A stretch of DNA of 64,000 nt from Candidatus Omnitrophota bacterium (GTDB lineage Bacteria > Omnitrophota > Gorgyraeia > JAFGHF01), in the NCBI GenBank assembly GCA_042571705.1, contig JBHPFV010000002.1, forward strand, positions 46,822 through 110,821, read 5' to 3'. Of this stretch, positions 38,308 through 48,361 are shown one piece after another (the stretch's first letter is position 1; every line of letters begins with the position of its first letter). The position numbers and the translations under genes were made by a program. Under the pieces are notes generated by a model that saw only the letters and a list, made by a program, of their open reading frames with translations, did no database searches and was not told where the DNA came from.

Positions 38308-39561
38308 TTAAACTATAATTTCTGAACGCACTAAATCGCGATAGTTTTCCCGCTTGCGCACCAGACAAAATTTATTTTTATCGACCAGCACCTCAGCGAC
38401 CCGCGGCCGGGAATTGTAATTACTGGACATGGTGAACCCATAAGCCCCGGCGCTCATCACCGCTAACAAATCATCTGTTTGTAGAGGTGGTAGCAGTCTA
38501 TTTTTTGCCAGGAAATCCCCGCTTTCACAAATCGGACCAACCACGTCGTATTTCTGTTTTCTGTCCGCGTGTCTCTGGTCTCGCCTGAGAGCCAAGATCT
38601 CATGATAAGCCTGATATAGAGCAGGGCGAATTAAATCGTTCATCCCGGCATCGACAATAGCGAAATTTTTCCGCGCTGTCTTTTTTACATAGACCACCTT
38701 TGTCACCAGAATGCCGCTATTTCCGGCAATGAATCTGCCCGGCTCAAGAATAATTTTAAGTTTGGCTTGTTTTAACAACGGCTCTACCGCCCGGGCAAAC
38801 TGCTGTGCGGTCTGTGGCTGTTCATTATGATAAACTATCCCTAAGCCGCCGCCGATATTGAAGTATTTTAGGCTGAACTGCTTGCGCTTTAACCGTTTAA
38901 TCAGGATCAGCACCTTTTTGATCGCTGATACAAACGGCCGGTGATCGGTGATTTGCGAACCAATATGAATATGCACGCCAATCAAGTCCAGGTTAGAAAA
39001 TATCCGACTCCTTAAAAAGATATCTTCAGCGGTGCCTAAGTCTAAGCCAAATTTATTAGTCATTTTGCCGGTAGTGATAAACTCATGCGTATGCGGGTCG
39101 ATGTCCGGATTTACCCTTAAGCAGACTGCGGCCCTTCTTTTTAATTCGTGCGCTACCCGGTCAATTAAGACAAGTTCCGGGATAGATTCAACATTAAAAA
39201 AAAGGATGCCGGACTTAATCGCCTGGGCAATCTCCGCTCTGCTCTTGCCAACACCGGCATAAACTATTTTTTTAGGATCTACGCCCACCTGCCGGGCCCG
39301 AAACAGTTCGCCCCCTGATACTACATCCATGCCTGCGCCTTCTTTGGCTAAGAGCTTCAACAGCGACAGATTAGAATTGGCCTTTACTGAAAAACAGACT
39401 AAAGGCGCCAGGGCCCTGAAGGCCTGCTGAATCTTTTTTAAGTGCTCCACTAAAGTACGCCGGCTATAGATGTACACCGGGCTGCCTACCTTTTTGACTA
39501 TTGTCTCCAGATTTACACCTTCACAATATAATTTTTTGCCGCGATATTGGAAGTAATGCAT
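38308..39561 (-). CDS. lysA: Diaminopimelate decarboxylase
   Basis: PLP-dependent fold III pattern (FSVKAN lysine, GGGLG, ESGD). Confidence 0.9.
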   Translation of the reverse strand: MHYFQYRGKKLYCEGVNLETIVKKVGSPVYIYSRRTLVEHLKKIQQAFRALAPLVCFSVKANSNLSLLKLLAKEGAGMDVVSGGELFRARQVGVDPKKIVYAGVGKSRAEIAQAIKSGILFFNVESIPELVLIDRVAHELKRRAAVCLRVNPDIDPHTHEFITTGKMTNKFGLDLGTAEDIFLRSRIFSNLDLIGVHIHIGSQITDHRPFVSAIKKVLILIKRLKRKQFSLKYFNIGGGLGIVYHNEQPQTAQQFARAVEPLLKQAKLKIILEPGRFIAGNSGILVTKVVYVKKTARKNFAIVDAGMNDLIRPALYQAYHEILALRRDQRHADRKQKYDVVGPICESGDFLAKNRLLPPLQTDDLLAVMSAGAYGFTMSSNYNSRPRVAEVLVDKNKFCLVRKRENYRDLVRSEIIV

Positions 39562-40935
39562 TTACTTTAACCTTTTCTGCCATTGAGTTATCTGGGCCTT
39601 GACTTTTTGGGGATTGGTACTACCGAATGATCTTTTTTTAGTTACCGAAACAGTGGGATCTAACAGTTGATAAATATCTTTTTTGAAATATCCTGAAAAC
39701 TTCTGCCACTGCTCAATCGGCAACTCCGAAAGAAAGGCCTTTTTCTGTAACGCCAATGCTACCACTCTACCGACAATATTGTGCGCCTGTTTAAAGGCCA
39801 CCCCTTTTTTGACCAAATACTCAACTAAATCAGTGGCGCAAAGCAATTCATCGGAAGATAGAATCAAGGCCTGATCCTGGTTAACCTTGGCATTCTTAAT
39901 CAGCGCTGCTAAAACGCTTAAGCCGCTGCTTAAGTCTGCTGAGGCCTGAAACAAGGGTAATTTATCTAGCTGCATATCCCTATTGTAGGCCAGCGGCAAT
40001 CCCTTCATGGTAGTCAAGAACGAGACTAGATTTCCGTAAACGCTGCCGGTATTGGCTCTAATCAGTTCCAATACATCGGGGTTTTTCTTCTGAGGCATTA
40101 AACTGGAGCCTGTAGTGTAGGCATCGGCCAACTCGAAAAGCGCAAACTCCGAACTAGTCCAGAAAATTAGATCTTCCGCAACTCTGGATAAATGCATCGA
40201 CAAGATTGCAAACGCAGCCAAAACCTCTAAAACAAAGTCACGGTCAGAAATCGCATCTACACTATTTGCAGAAACCTTGCTAAAACCTAAAAGTTTAGCC
40301 AGATATTTTCTGTCGATCGGCAAACTAGTCCCGGCGAGCGCTGCTGAACCCAAGGGCAGGATATCGCATCTGCTGTAAGCATCGCTGAGTCTTTGCTTGT
40401 CTCTTTCCAGCATTTCCACATAAGCCAACAGCTGATGGGCCAGGCTCAACGGCTGGGCATGCTGCAAGTGAGTAAACCCGGGAATGATCACCTCGACATT
40501 CTTCTTTGCTAAGCTAACCAGGGTGGCCTGCAAATCTTTAATCTGTAGTTTTAGATTTACAACCAGCTCTTTAGTATACATTCTCAAATCGGTAGCTACC
40601 TGGTCGTTTCTACTTCTGGCTGTATGCAGCTTATCGGCTACCTGACCAATCCTGCCCTCTAACGCATTTTGGATATTAGTATGGATGTCCTCGCAATTCT
40701 GATCAAAATCAAATCTATTGGCTTGAATCTTCTTTAAGATTGCTTTTAAACCACGGACGATCTTGGCGCTATCAGCGGCGGGTATAATCTTAGTTGTGCC
40801 CAGCATCTTGGCATGAGCAATACTGCAGAGCACATCATGCTTAGCCAGCTTATAGTCATATCCAATACTTGAGGTAAACTTTTCTACCAGCGGGTCTGTC
40901 TTTTTTTTAAACCTTCCACCCCAGAGCTTGTTCAT
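39562..40935 (-). CDS. argH: Argininosuccinate lyase
   Basis: MNKLWGGRF start (ATG 40933-40935 with AAGGGGA SD) and fumarate-lyase signature GSSLMPQKKNPD. Confidence 0.9.
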   Translation of the reverse strand: MNKLWGGRFKKKTDPLVEKFTSSIGYDYKLAKHDVLCSIAHAKMLGTTKIIPAADSAKIVRGLKAILKKIQANRFDFDQNCEDIHTNIQNALEGRIGQVADKLHTARSRNDQVATDLRMYTKELVVNLKLQIKDLQATLVSLAKKNVEVIIPGFTHLQHAQPLSLAHQLLAYVEMLERDKQRLSDAYSRCDILPLGSAALAGTSLPIDRKYLAKLLGFSKVSANSVDAISDRDFVLEVLAAFAILSMHLSRVAEDLIFWTSSEFALFELADAYTTGSSLMPQKKNPDVLELIRANTGSVYGNLVSFLTTMKGLPLAYNRDMQLDKLPLFQASADLSSGLSVLAALIKNAKVNQDQALILSSDELLCATDLVEYLVKKGVAFKQAHNIVGRVVALALQKKAFLSELPIEQWQKFSGYFKKDIYQLLDPTVSVTKKRSFGSTNPQKVKAQITQWQKRLK

Positions 40936-40945
40936 TTTTTTCCCC

Positions 40946-42115
40946 TTATTTCTGATACGGTAAACCCCAAATTTTGATAAAGCCCTCGGCTGCGGCCTGA
41001 TCAAACTGATCGCCCTCTTCGTAAGTGGCCAACTCTAATTTATACAATGAACGCGGTGATTTTCTTCCAATGCAAGTTACGCTGCCTTTATACAACTTCA
41101 GCTTAATTACTCCGCTAACCTGCTTCTGGGTCTGATTTACGAATTTATCTAAGGCTATCCTGAGCGGAGAATGCCAAAGGCCATCGTAAACCAGCTGGGC
41201 ATATCTCTGGGCCACGCTGCCCTTAAACTGAAGGGTCTGCTTATCTAAAACTAAATTTTCCAATTCCTGATGGGCCAGGTGTAGCGTTACCGCGGCCGGG
41301 GCCTCATAAATCTCCCTGCTTTTTATCCCCACCAACCTGTTTTCCACCATATCTATCCTGCCCACACCGCAGCTGCCGGCTAATTTATTCAGTTTAGCGA
41401 CTAAGGTTATGCTGGCTAGTTTCTGACCATTTAATTTCACCGGGATGCCTTTGTTGAATTCTACTGTTAAATACATTGGTTTGTTGGAACATTTTAGCGG
41501 ATTCTTGGTCAATTGATAAATCTCTTCCGGCGGCTGATTGGCCGGATCCTCCAGTACTCCACATTCAATGCTCCTACCCCAGAGATTCAAGTCAAAACTG
41601 TAAGGGCTCTTCTTTGTAGCCTCAACAGGTATTTTGTGCTCCTTGGCGTATTCTATTTCCTGCGCCCTGGTCTTCAGATGCCAGACCCTCAACGGAGCAA
41701 TTACTTTAATCTTCTTATCCAACGCGGCTGCCGAGACCTCGATTCTGACCTGATCATTACCCTTGCCAGTGCAACCGTGAGCAATAAATTGGGCTTTTTC
41801 TTTGCGGGCAATCTCAACCAACCCCTCAGCAATTAGCGGGCGGCCCAGCGCCGTGGCTAAAGGGTACTTACCTTCGTAAATTGCCCCGGCTCTCAGGGCC
41901 GGAAACACAAACTGTGTAATAAACTTTTCTCTAACGTCTTGAACATATAGCTTGCCAACTCCGCAATCCTTAGCTTTCTTTTTTAACTGGGCAAAATTTA
42001 TGCCCTGCCCCAAATCCGCTGTGTAAGTAACTACTTCAAAGCCTTTTTGCTTTAACCAGGCTACGCCGCAAGACGTATCTAAACCGCCGGAATAAGCCAA
42101 AATTACCTTGGCCAT
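40946..42115 (-). CDS. argG: Argininosuccinate synthase
   Basis: AYSGGLDTS PP-loop. 389 aa. Confidence 0.95.
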   Translation of the reverse strand: MAKVILAYSGGLDTSCGVAWLKQKGFEVVTYTADLGQGINFAQLKKKAKDCGVGKLYVQDVREKFITQFVFPALRAGAIYEGKYPLATALGRPLIAEGLVEIARKEKAQFIAHGCTGKGNDQVRIEVSAAALDKKIKVIAPLRVWHLKTRAQEIEYAKEHKIPVEATKKSPYSFDLNLWGRSIECGVLEDPANQPPEEIYQLTKNPLKCSNKPMYLTVEFNKGIPVKLNGQKLASITLVAKLNKLAGSCGVGRIDMVENRLVGIKSREIYEAPAAVTLHLAHQELENLVLDKQTLQFKGSVAQRYAQLVYDGLWHSPLRIALDKFVNQTQKQVSGVIKLKLYKGSVTCIGRKSPRSLYKLELATYEEGDQFDQAAAEGFIKIWGLPYQK

Positions 42116-43035
42116 TAAACACCTCCTAATAAGAGTAAAAGTATTGCCTTCTGCACGTGCATCCTATTTTCGGCCTGGTCCATCACCACTGAATTTGGCC
42201 CATCGATTACCTGGTCAGTAATCTCCTCGCCTCGATGCGCAGGCAGACAATGCATAATCAAGCAATCAGGCTTAGCTACTGAAGTCAGTTTTTCATTTAT
42301 TTGGAAACCGCAAAAATCCTTGCGCCTCTTTTTGTAGTCGGACTCCTGACCCATGCTGGTCCAGACATCTGTATAAAGTATGTCGGCATCTTTGGCGGCC
42401 TGAGCTGGATCGTTTGATAAAGTTAGCTGGGCCCCGGAACCTTTGGCCAGCTCTAAACACTGAGTAAAGATTTTCTGATTAGGCTGGCGGGCTGCCGGAG
42501 TAGTCACTGTTAAGTTCAAGCCCAATTTCGCGCATCCGGACAATAAAGAGTTGGCCACGTTATTGCCATCTCCCACATAAACAATCTTCACCCCTTTTAA
42601 AGCGCCTTTTTTCTCTTTGATGGTGTATAAATCACTGAGCGCCTGACAAGGATGTAAAAGGTCGGTCAACCCGTTAATTACGGGAATAGCTGTCGATGCG
42701 GTCAGTTCTTCTAATTGCTGATGCGAAAAAGTCCTGATTACCAAACCGTCTAAATAACGCGAAAGCACATTGCCAAAGTCTTTAATTGCCTCACGTGTAC
42801 CGAACTTGATGTCTTCCGGGGCCAAATAGATTACATGCCCGCCTAATTGATTCATCCCCACTTCAAACGAGACCCGGGTGCGCAAGGACGGCTTAAGGAA
42901 TATTAATCCTAAAGATTTACCGGCCAGGCCCTGGCTTGAGTCCTTGACCTTAGCCTTTAATTCCTCAGTCAGGCTAAAAATATGCTCCAGTTCTTCTATC
43001 TTCAACTCGCTAATAGCAATTAGATCTCTTTTCAT
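42115..43035 (-). CDS. argF: Ornithine carbamoyltransferase
   Basis: STRTR (SLRTR) carbamoyl-phosphate motif and HCLP motif. Confidence 0.9.
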   Translation of the reverse strand: MKRDLIAISELKIEELEHIFSLTEELKAKVKDSSQGLAGKSLGLIFLKPSLRTRVSFEVGMNQLGGHVIYLAPEDIKFGTREAIKDFGNVLSRYLDGLVIRTFSHQQLEELTASTAIPVINGLTDLLHPCQALSDLYTIKEKKGALKGVKIVYVGDGNNVANSLLSGCAKLGLNLTVTTPAARQPNQKIFTQCLELAKGSGAQLTLSNDPAQAAKDADILYTDVWTSMGQESDYKKRRKDFCGFQINEKLTSVAKPDCLIMHCLPAHRGEEITDQVIDGPNSVVMDQAENRMHVQKAILLLLLGGV

Positions 43036-43038
43036 TTT

Positions 43039-44223
43039 TTATCTTTCTTTCTTTATGGCTGATTCCAATATGCTGATGGCCTGATCGATTTGCGCTTTTG
43101 ACACAGCTAATTGCGGCATTATTCTCAATACATTTCCGTGCGTGCAGTTAATCAAAAGACCCTGCTTAAAACAGGCCTGGTAAACCGGCGCGCCATCTTT
43201 AGTCAGCTCCACCCCCAACATCAGGCCTAAACCTCTAATCTCTTTAATAACAGAATACTTTGCCTTTAAACCGGTCAATCTTTTACGTAGATATTCTCCC
43301 ATTTTTTGGGCATTGATTAGCAGTCGCTCTTTCTCAATAGCTTCGAACACAGCTAATCCGCTGGCGCAAGCTAAGGGGCTGCCGCCAAAAGTAGAAGCGT
43401 GCGTCCCGGCATGCAGGGTATCGGCGATCTCACTCCTCGCCACCAGCGCCCCGATTGGAAACCCGCCGCCTAATGATTTAGCCAGCGTAATCAGGTCAGG
43501 CTTCAGGCCGTAATGCTGGTAACAAAACATCTTGCCGGTTCGGCCGATCCCCGTCTGGACCTCATCGAAAATTAATAACAGGCCTAATTTATCGCAAAGC
43601 CTCCTGATTTGCTTAAGGTAATCGCAACAGGCGACATTGATCCCGCCTTCTCCCTGAATTGGTTCTAACATTACCGCCGCAGTATTTTTACTGATCTTGG
43701 CCTTTAACGCCGCGAAATTATTGAACGGGACCTGGGTGAAACCTTTAACTAGAGGAGTAAAACCCTTTTTGTATCTTGATTGGCCAGTAGCAGTCAAAGC
43801 AGCCATGGTCCTGCCGTGGAAAGAATTTTCCATTGTAATAATTTCGTACTTCTTGCGGGTGCTGCCGTACATCCTGGCTAATTTAATTGCCGCCTCCACG
43901 CTCTCGGCGCCGCTGTTACAGAAGAAAACTTTACCCCTAAAAGAATGCTGGATAATCTTGCGGGCCAGCTTGGCCTGTAAGGCATTATAATAATTGTTGG
44001 GGACATGTAGTATTTTTTTTGCCTGATTTGCCAAAGCCTTAACCACCAAAGGATGGGCATGGCCTAATCCGCTGACTGCCCAGCCGGGAAAGAAATCCAG
44101 GTATTTGCGTCCATTGATATCCCAAAGCCAGGAACCCTTGCCTTTTGTAGCCAGCAAAGGCATCCTTGTATACGTCGGCATCACATACTTCTTGTATTCT
44201 TGGATTAATTTTTGTTTATTCAT
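43039..44223 (-). CDS. argD: Acetylornithine aminotransferase
   Basis: Class III aminotransferase (GAESVEAAIKLAR, DEVQTG..RTG). Confidence 0.85.
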   Translation of the reverse strand: MNKQKLIQEYKKYVMPTYTRMPLLATKGKGSWLWDINGRKYLDFFPGWAVSGLGHAHPLVVKALANQAKKILHVPNNYYNALQAKLARKIIQHSFRGKVFFCNSGAESVEAAIKLARMYGSTRKKYEIITMENSFHGRTMAALTATGQSRYKKGFTPLVKGFTQVPFNNFAALKAKISKNTAAVMLEPIQGEGGINVACCDYLKQIRRLCDKLGLLLIFDEVQTGIGRTGKMFCYQHYGLKPDLITLAKSLGGGFPIGALVARSEIADTLHAGTHASTFGGSPLACASGLAVFEAIEKERLLINAQKMGEYLRKRLTGLKAKYSVIKEIRGLGLMLGVELTKDGAPVYQACFKQGLLINCTHGNVLRIMPQLAVSKAQIDQAISILESAIKKER

Positions 44224-45074
44224 TTTACAATTTGCGTGCCCACGCCTTGATCAGTAAATATTTCTAAAAGCAGTGAGCGTGGAATACTGCCATCAATAAT
44301 GTGCGTCTTGCGTACGTCTTTCTTTAAAGCGGCGACGCAGGCCTCGACCTTGGGAATCATTCCGGTCTGAATAACTCCTCTCTTCAGCAAACCTGCTACC
44401 TCACTGACCTTAAGCGTCGAAATCAATGAGCCTGGGTCGGCCTGATCGCGCATAATCCCCTGGGTATCAGTCAAAAGCATCAATTTCCTGGCGCCTAATT
44501 TTATCGCTATTTCGGCCGCGGCCAAATCGGCATTAATATTGTAAACTTGTCCTTTGATTCCAATGCCTAAAGGAGAAATTACCGGGATGAAATTATTCTT
44601 GAGCGATTCTTTTAACAGCTTCGAGTTAACTGAAGCAATTTGGCCGACAAAGCCAATATCCTGGCCAAGATTCAGTTGCCTGGCCTTGATTACCTTGCCA
44701 ATTATACCGCTAAACCCCTTGGCCTTAGCGCCTAACTGGCTAATCTTGGCGGTCATTCTTTCATTTAGCCGGGCTAGTTCATCCGTGACTACTTTCAAAG
44801 TATGTTTATCGGTTACGCGGTAGCCCTGGTGAAATTCAATCCGCTTGCCCAGCTTACGCAGCTTCTCATTGATGCTCGGTCCGCCACCGTGCACTAAGAC
44901 AGGGTTTAAGCCAACGCAGTTCATGAAAATAATATCTTGCAGGACATTGCCGATCACTTCTTTATTTAAAAGCTGCCTACCGCCACATTTGATCACCACT
45001 ATCTTGTGTTGGAACTTTTTAATATACGGCAGCGCCTCAATCAGTATGTCAGCTTTCTGTATTGCCCTCTTCAT
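44220..45074 (-). CDS. argB: Acetylglutamate kinase
   Basis: VIKCGG... and VLVHGGGP motifs. Confidence 0.9.
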   Translation of the reverse strand: MKRAIQKADILIEALPYIKKFQHKIVVIKCGGRQLLNKEVIGNVLQDIIFMNCVGLNPVLVHGGGPSINEKLRKLGKRIEFHQGYRVTDKHTLKVVTDELARLNERMTAKISQLGAKAKGFSGIIGKVIKARQLNLGQDIGFVGQIASVNSKLLKESLKNNFIPVISPLGIGIKGQVYNINADLAAAEIAIKLGARKLMLLTDTQGIMRDQADPGSLISTLKVSEVAGLLKRGVIQTGMIPKVEACVAALKKDVRKTHIIDGSIPRSLLLEIFTDQGVGTQIVK

Positions 45075-45100
45075 CTAGCACCTTTGCCTTGAGAACAAGG

Positions 45101-46291
45101 TTAGTACTCCGCGTTAATCTTTACATATTTATTACTCAAATCGCAAGTAAACGCTGTAGCCTGCGATTTGCCTAGCCCAAGACTCACTCTGATCTGTATT
45201 TCTTTGTGCTTAAAGGCGTTGTTTAGTTTGCGCCTGTTTGCTTTTAAGGCCGCGCCTCTTTGCAGGACTTTTACCCCACCTAAATAAATGTCTAATCTTT
45301 CCTGCTTTATCACCGTGGTTTTAAGCGCGCCGCAACAAGCCGCGATTCTGCCCCAATTAGGATTTTCGCCAAATATCGCGGTTTTCACTAATGGAGAATT
45401 GGCTATTTTAAAAGCAACATCTTTGGCCTGCCTCAGGTCCCTTGCCTGCTCAATATGAATCTCGACAAATTTAGTCGCCCCTTCGGCATCCTGAACAATC
45501 ATTTTGGCCAGGCTTAAACAGACGTAATTAAGGGCCTGCGTAAAGATTGTAAAGTCGCTTGCACTAATCGGCTGGTTGGCTGCTTGACCATTAGCCAAGA
45601 CCAGCACCATGTCATTCGTGCTCATCTCACCATCAACAGAGATCATGTTAAACGAATTGTTGACCGCTGTCTGCAGAGCTTGGTTTAATCTTCTTTTGTC
45701 TATTGCGGCATCGGTAGTAATAAAGCTAAGCATTGTGGCCATGTTGGGCTGGATCATCCCCGCGCCTTTTGCTATTGCGGCTATCCTGACTTTAGCCTTG
45801 CCAATCTTAATCTCTACCGTTTTTTGCTTAATCTTTGTATCAGTTGTCAGGATAGCCTCAGCTGCTGGCTTGCTCGCTTGCCTGCTTAAGGATTGTACCA
45901 AAACGCCTATTTTTCTTTTTATTCTTGCCAAAGGCAAACGTTGACCGATCACTCCGGTAGAGGCAATCAGCACATCATCCACCGGCAACCCTAATTTGGC
46001 GGCCAAACTCTGACAAATCTTTCGCGCATCGGCCATGCCGGGTTTGCCGGTGCAGCAATTGGCATTGCCGCTATTGACTATAATCGCCTGAGCCCGACTA
46101 TTGCTTAAATGAGCTTTAGTCAACTTTACCGGAGCAGCCTGCACGCTATTTTGTGTAAATACTCCACTAGCCACCGCTGGCAGTTCAGAAAATACTAAAG
46201 CCAGATCTTTATTCTTATATTTAATACCGCAGTGGATCCCGGCAGCGAGGAAACCCTTTGGCGCCGTAATTCCCTGGGATAAAATCTTCAT
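45101..46291 (-). CDS. argJ: Bifunctional glutamate N-acetyltransferase / ornithine acetyltransferase ArgJ
   Basis: GITAPKGF... N-terminus. Autoproteolytic ATML-type site (MATMLSFITTDA). 396 aa. Confidence 0.9.
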   Translation of the reverse strand: MKILSQGITAPKGFLAAGIHCGIKYKNKDLALVFSELPAVASGVFTQNSVQAAPVKLTKAHLSNSRAQAIIVNSGNANCCTGKPGMADARKICQSLAAKLGLPVDDVLIASTGVIGQRLPLARIKRKIGVLVQSLSRQASKPAAEAILTTDTKIKQKTVEIKIGKAKVRIAAIAKGAGMIQPNMATMLSFITTDAAIDKRRLNQALQTAVNNSFNMISVDGEMSTNDMVLVLANGQAANQPISASDFTIFTQALNYVCLSLAKMIVQDAEGATKFVEIHIEQARDLRQAKDVAFKIANSPLVKTAIFGENPNWGRIAACCGALKTTVIKQERLDIYLGGVKVLQRGAALKANRRKLNNAFKHKEIQIRVSLGLGKSQATAFTCDLSNKYVKINAEY

Positions 46292-46292
46292 T

Positions 46293-47312
46293 TTAAATTA
46301 ATCCTTGTGTTTCAGCAAAACCATACATCACGTTCATATTTTGCACTGCTTGCCCAGAGGCCCCTTTAACCAAATTGTCAATGGCTGAGATAACTATCGC
46401 GATTCTTCTATCTGAATTTACCCTAATACCCAGATGGCAAAAGTTAGTCTTAACCACGTCTTTCAATTGCGGAAATTTTCCCTCGGGCAGGACTTTGACA
46501 AATGGCTGGTCCTGATAAAAGTCTTGGTATAACCCTTGAGCCTCCTGCTGCGAAAGAGCCACCTTTAATTGGAAATAAATAGTGCTTAAGATTCCTCTTT
46601 GAACCGGAATTAAATGCGGAGTAAAGGTAACCTCCATTCTTGCGCCCGTAAAATTAGTTAGCTCCTGGTTTATTTCCGGGCTATGTTGATGGGCATCGAC
46701 CTTATAAGCACAGAAGTTATCTTTCATTTGCGGGATTAGCACCTGCTCCTTCTCACGGCCGGCCCCGCTGAGGCCAGTTTTGGCATCGACTATAATGTGC
46801 TGGCGTTCAGCAACGCCCTTGGCCAGGAAGGCCAGCGATCCTAAAATTGCCGCTGTGGGATAACAGCCGGGGTTAGCTAACAGGTTAGCCTTTTTGATCT
46901 TCTGTTGATAGAGTTCCGGCAGGCCATAAACCGCAGCCTTAAGGTATTCCGGGCTTTTATGTTTCAGGCCATACCATCGCTCATAAACTGCGGCGTCTTT
47001 AATCCTGTAGTCGGCGCTTAAATCGATAACTTTTTTGCCGGCTTTTAAAAATAGCGGGGCGACTTCCATAGATACTCTGTGCGGCAGGGCCAAAAATACC
47101 AGCTCACAATTAGGCACGATGTTAGAAAAGTCTGGTTCAGAGCAGACTAAATCCAACTCTTTGCCCAGTTCAGGAAAGATCTTATTAATCTTTTGCGGCT
47201 TATCAATCTTTGCCGACAAAGAAGTTATTTCCACCTCCGGGTGGTGGACTAAAATTTTAAGCAGTTCTTCACCGGCATAACCGGTGGCACCCACTATCGC
47301 TACTTTCAGCAT
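46293..47312 (-). CDS. argC: N-acetyl-gamma-glutamyl-phosphate reductase
   Basis: VAIVGATGYAG N-terminus and active-site Cys region (NPGCYPTA). Confidence 0.9.
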   Translation of the reverse strand: MLKVAIVGATGYAGEELLKILVHHPEVEITSLSAKIDKPQKINKIFPELGKELDLVCSEPDFSNIVPNCELVFLALPHRVSMEVAPLFLKAGKKVIDLSADYRIKDAAVYERWYGLKHKSPEYLKAAVYGLPELYQQKIKKANLLANPGCYPTAAILGSLAFLAKGVAERQHIIVDAKTGLSGAGREKEQVLIPQMKDNFCAYKVDAHQHSPEINQELTNFTGARMEVTFTPHLIPVQRGILSTIYFQLKVALSQQEAQGLYQDFYQDQPFVKVLPEGKFPQLKDVVKTNFCHLGIRVNSDRRIAIVISAIDNLVKGASGQAVQNMNVMYGFAETQGLI

Positions 47313-47338
47313 TCCGCTGTCCTCCCGATGTAGAAGTT

Positions 47339-47367
47339 ATTATAAAGAAAAAAGCCTACTCCGTCAA
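47339..47367 (-). promoter_or_regulatory. Sigma70-like promoter for argC (TTGACG-17-TATAAT) overlapping the rpsI terminator
   Basis: On the gene strand: TTGACGgagtaggcttttttcttTATAAT, then GGGAGG SD, then the argC ATG. Confidence 0.5.
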
Positions 47368-47392
47368 GAAATTTCGTCGAGTGAAGTAGGCT
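47346..47392 (-). terminator. Rho-independent terminator downstream of rpsI
   Basis: 8-bp stem AGCCTACT...AGTAGGCT followed by a T6 run on the gene strand. Confidence 0.6.
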
Positions 47393-47438
47393 AATTAATA
47401 CTATCCAAAACTATAAACTAAAAACCGACTTTTCCTCC

Positions 47439-47831
47439 TTAACGCTTGGTCCACTGGAAGCGCCGTCGCGCCCCTTTTTGGCCAAACTTCTTGCGTTCTT
47501 TCATCCGCGGATCGCGCCGTAAAAAACCGGCGCTTTTGAGCTGACTACGCAGATTCTCGTCTATTTTAATTAAGGCCCGGGAGATCCCATGACGCACTGC
47601 CTCTGCTTGTCCGGCTATTCCGCCGCCGTTAACCAACACCAAGATGTCAAACTTCTTAGCGTTATCAGTTATGGTCAAGGGCTGCAACGCGCTAACGCGC
47701 AATATCTCAACTGGAAAATAATCTTCCATTGTTCTTCCGTTAACTGTAATTTTTCCTTCGCCGGTAGAAAGCATTACCCTGGCCACAGATCTTTTCCTTC
47801 TTCCGGTTGCCTGAATCTTCTGCTCAGCCAT
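47439..47831 (-). CDS. rpsI: 30S ribosomal protein S9
   Basis: C-terminal ...[14 protein letters not shown] signature. Confidence 0.95.
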   Translation of the reverse strand: MAEQKIQATGRRKRSVARVMLSTGEGKITVNGRTMEDYFPVEILRVSALQPLTITDNAKKFDILVLVNGGGIAGQAEAVRHGISRALIKIDENLRSQLKSAGFLRRDPRMKERKKFGQKGARRRFQWTKR

Positions 47832-48265
47832 TAGTTGATCTCCAAGCTCTTTGGTTGCTGGGCCTGATGCTGGTGCTCTTCACCTGCATACACTTTTAAC
47901 TTTTTATACATATCTCTGCCTAAGGGCCCCTTGGGCAGCATTCCTTTAATTGCGTGCTTAAGCGCCTCAGTAGGCTTTTTCTGGAGCAATTTCTCCAAGG
48001 AGATCTCTTTTAATCCTCCGGGATAGCCAGAATAGCTCTTATAGATCTTATCTTTCATTTTTCTTCCGGTAACCTTTATATCTTTAGCGTTTACAATAAC
48101 CACATAATCACCGCAATCAACATGTGCGGTGAAGATAGGCTTGTGCTTACCGCGTAAAATGGTAGCGACCCTGGTTGCGATCCGGCCTAAGATCTTATCC
48201 TTGGCATCGATCAAAAACCATTTTCGCTTTATTTTCTTAGGATTTGCCACAAATGTCCGGTTCAT
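47831..48265 (-). CDS. rplM: 50S ribosomal protein L13
   Basis: [24 protein letters not shown] conserved N-terminus. Confidence 0.95.
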   Translation of the reverse strand: MNRTFVANPKKIKRKWFLIDAKDKILGRIATRVATILRGKHKPIFTAHVDCGDYVVIVNAKDIKVTGRKMKDKIYKSYSGYPGGLKEISLEKLLQKKPTEALKHAIKGMLPKGPLGRDMYKKLKVYAGEEHQHQAQQPKSLEIN

Positions 48266-48289
48266 CTTTACCTCTGATTTAGAGCCAAA

Positions 48290-48318
48290 AGTATATCATA
48301 AGTTGACTCCCTTGTCAA
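48290..48318 (-). promoter_or_regulatory. Sigma70-like promoter for rplM-rpsI (TTGACA-17-TATACT) with a palindrome over the -35
   Basis: Gene strand: aGTTGACaagggaGTCAACttatgaTATACT ... GAGGTAAAG ATG. GTTGAC/GTCAAC is a 6-6 inverted repeat. Confidence 0.5.
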
Positions 48319-48361
48319 CTACATTTTAGGCTTTCCAGTATGCTTTAGAATGTTCTTAACT

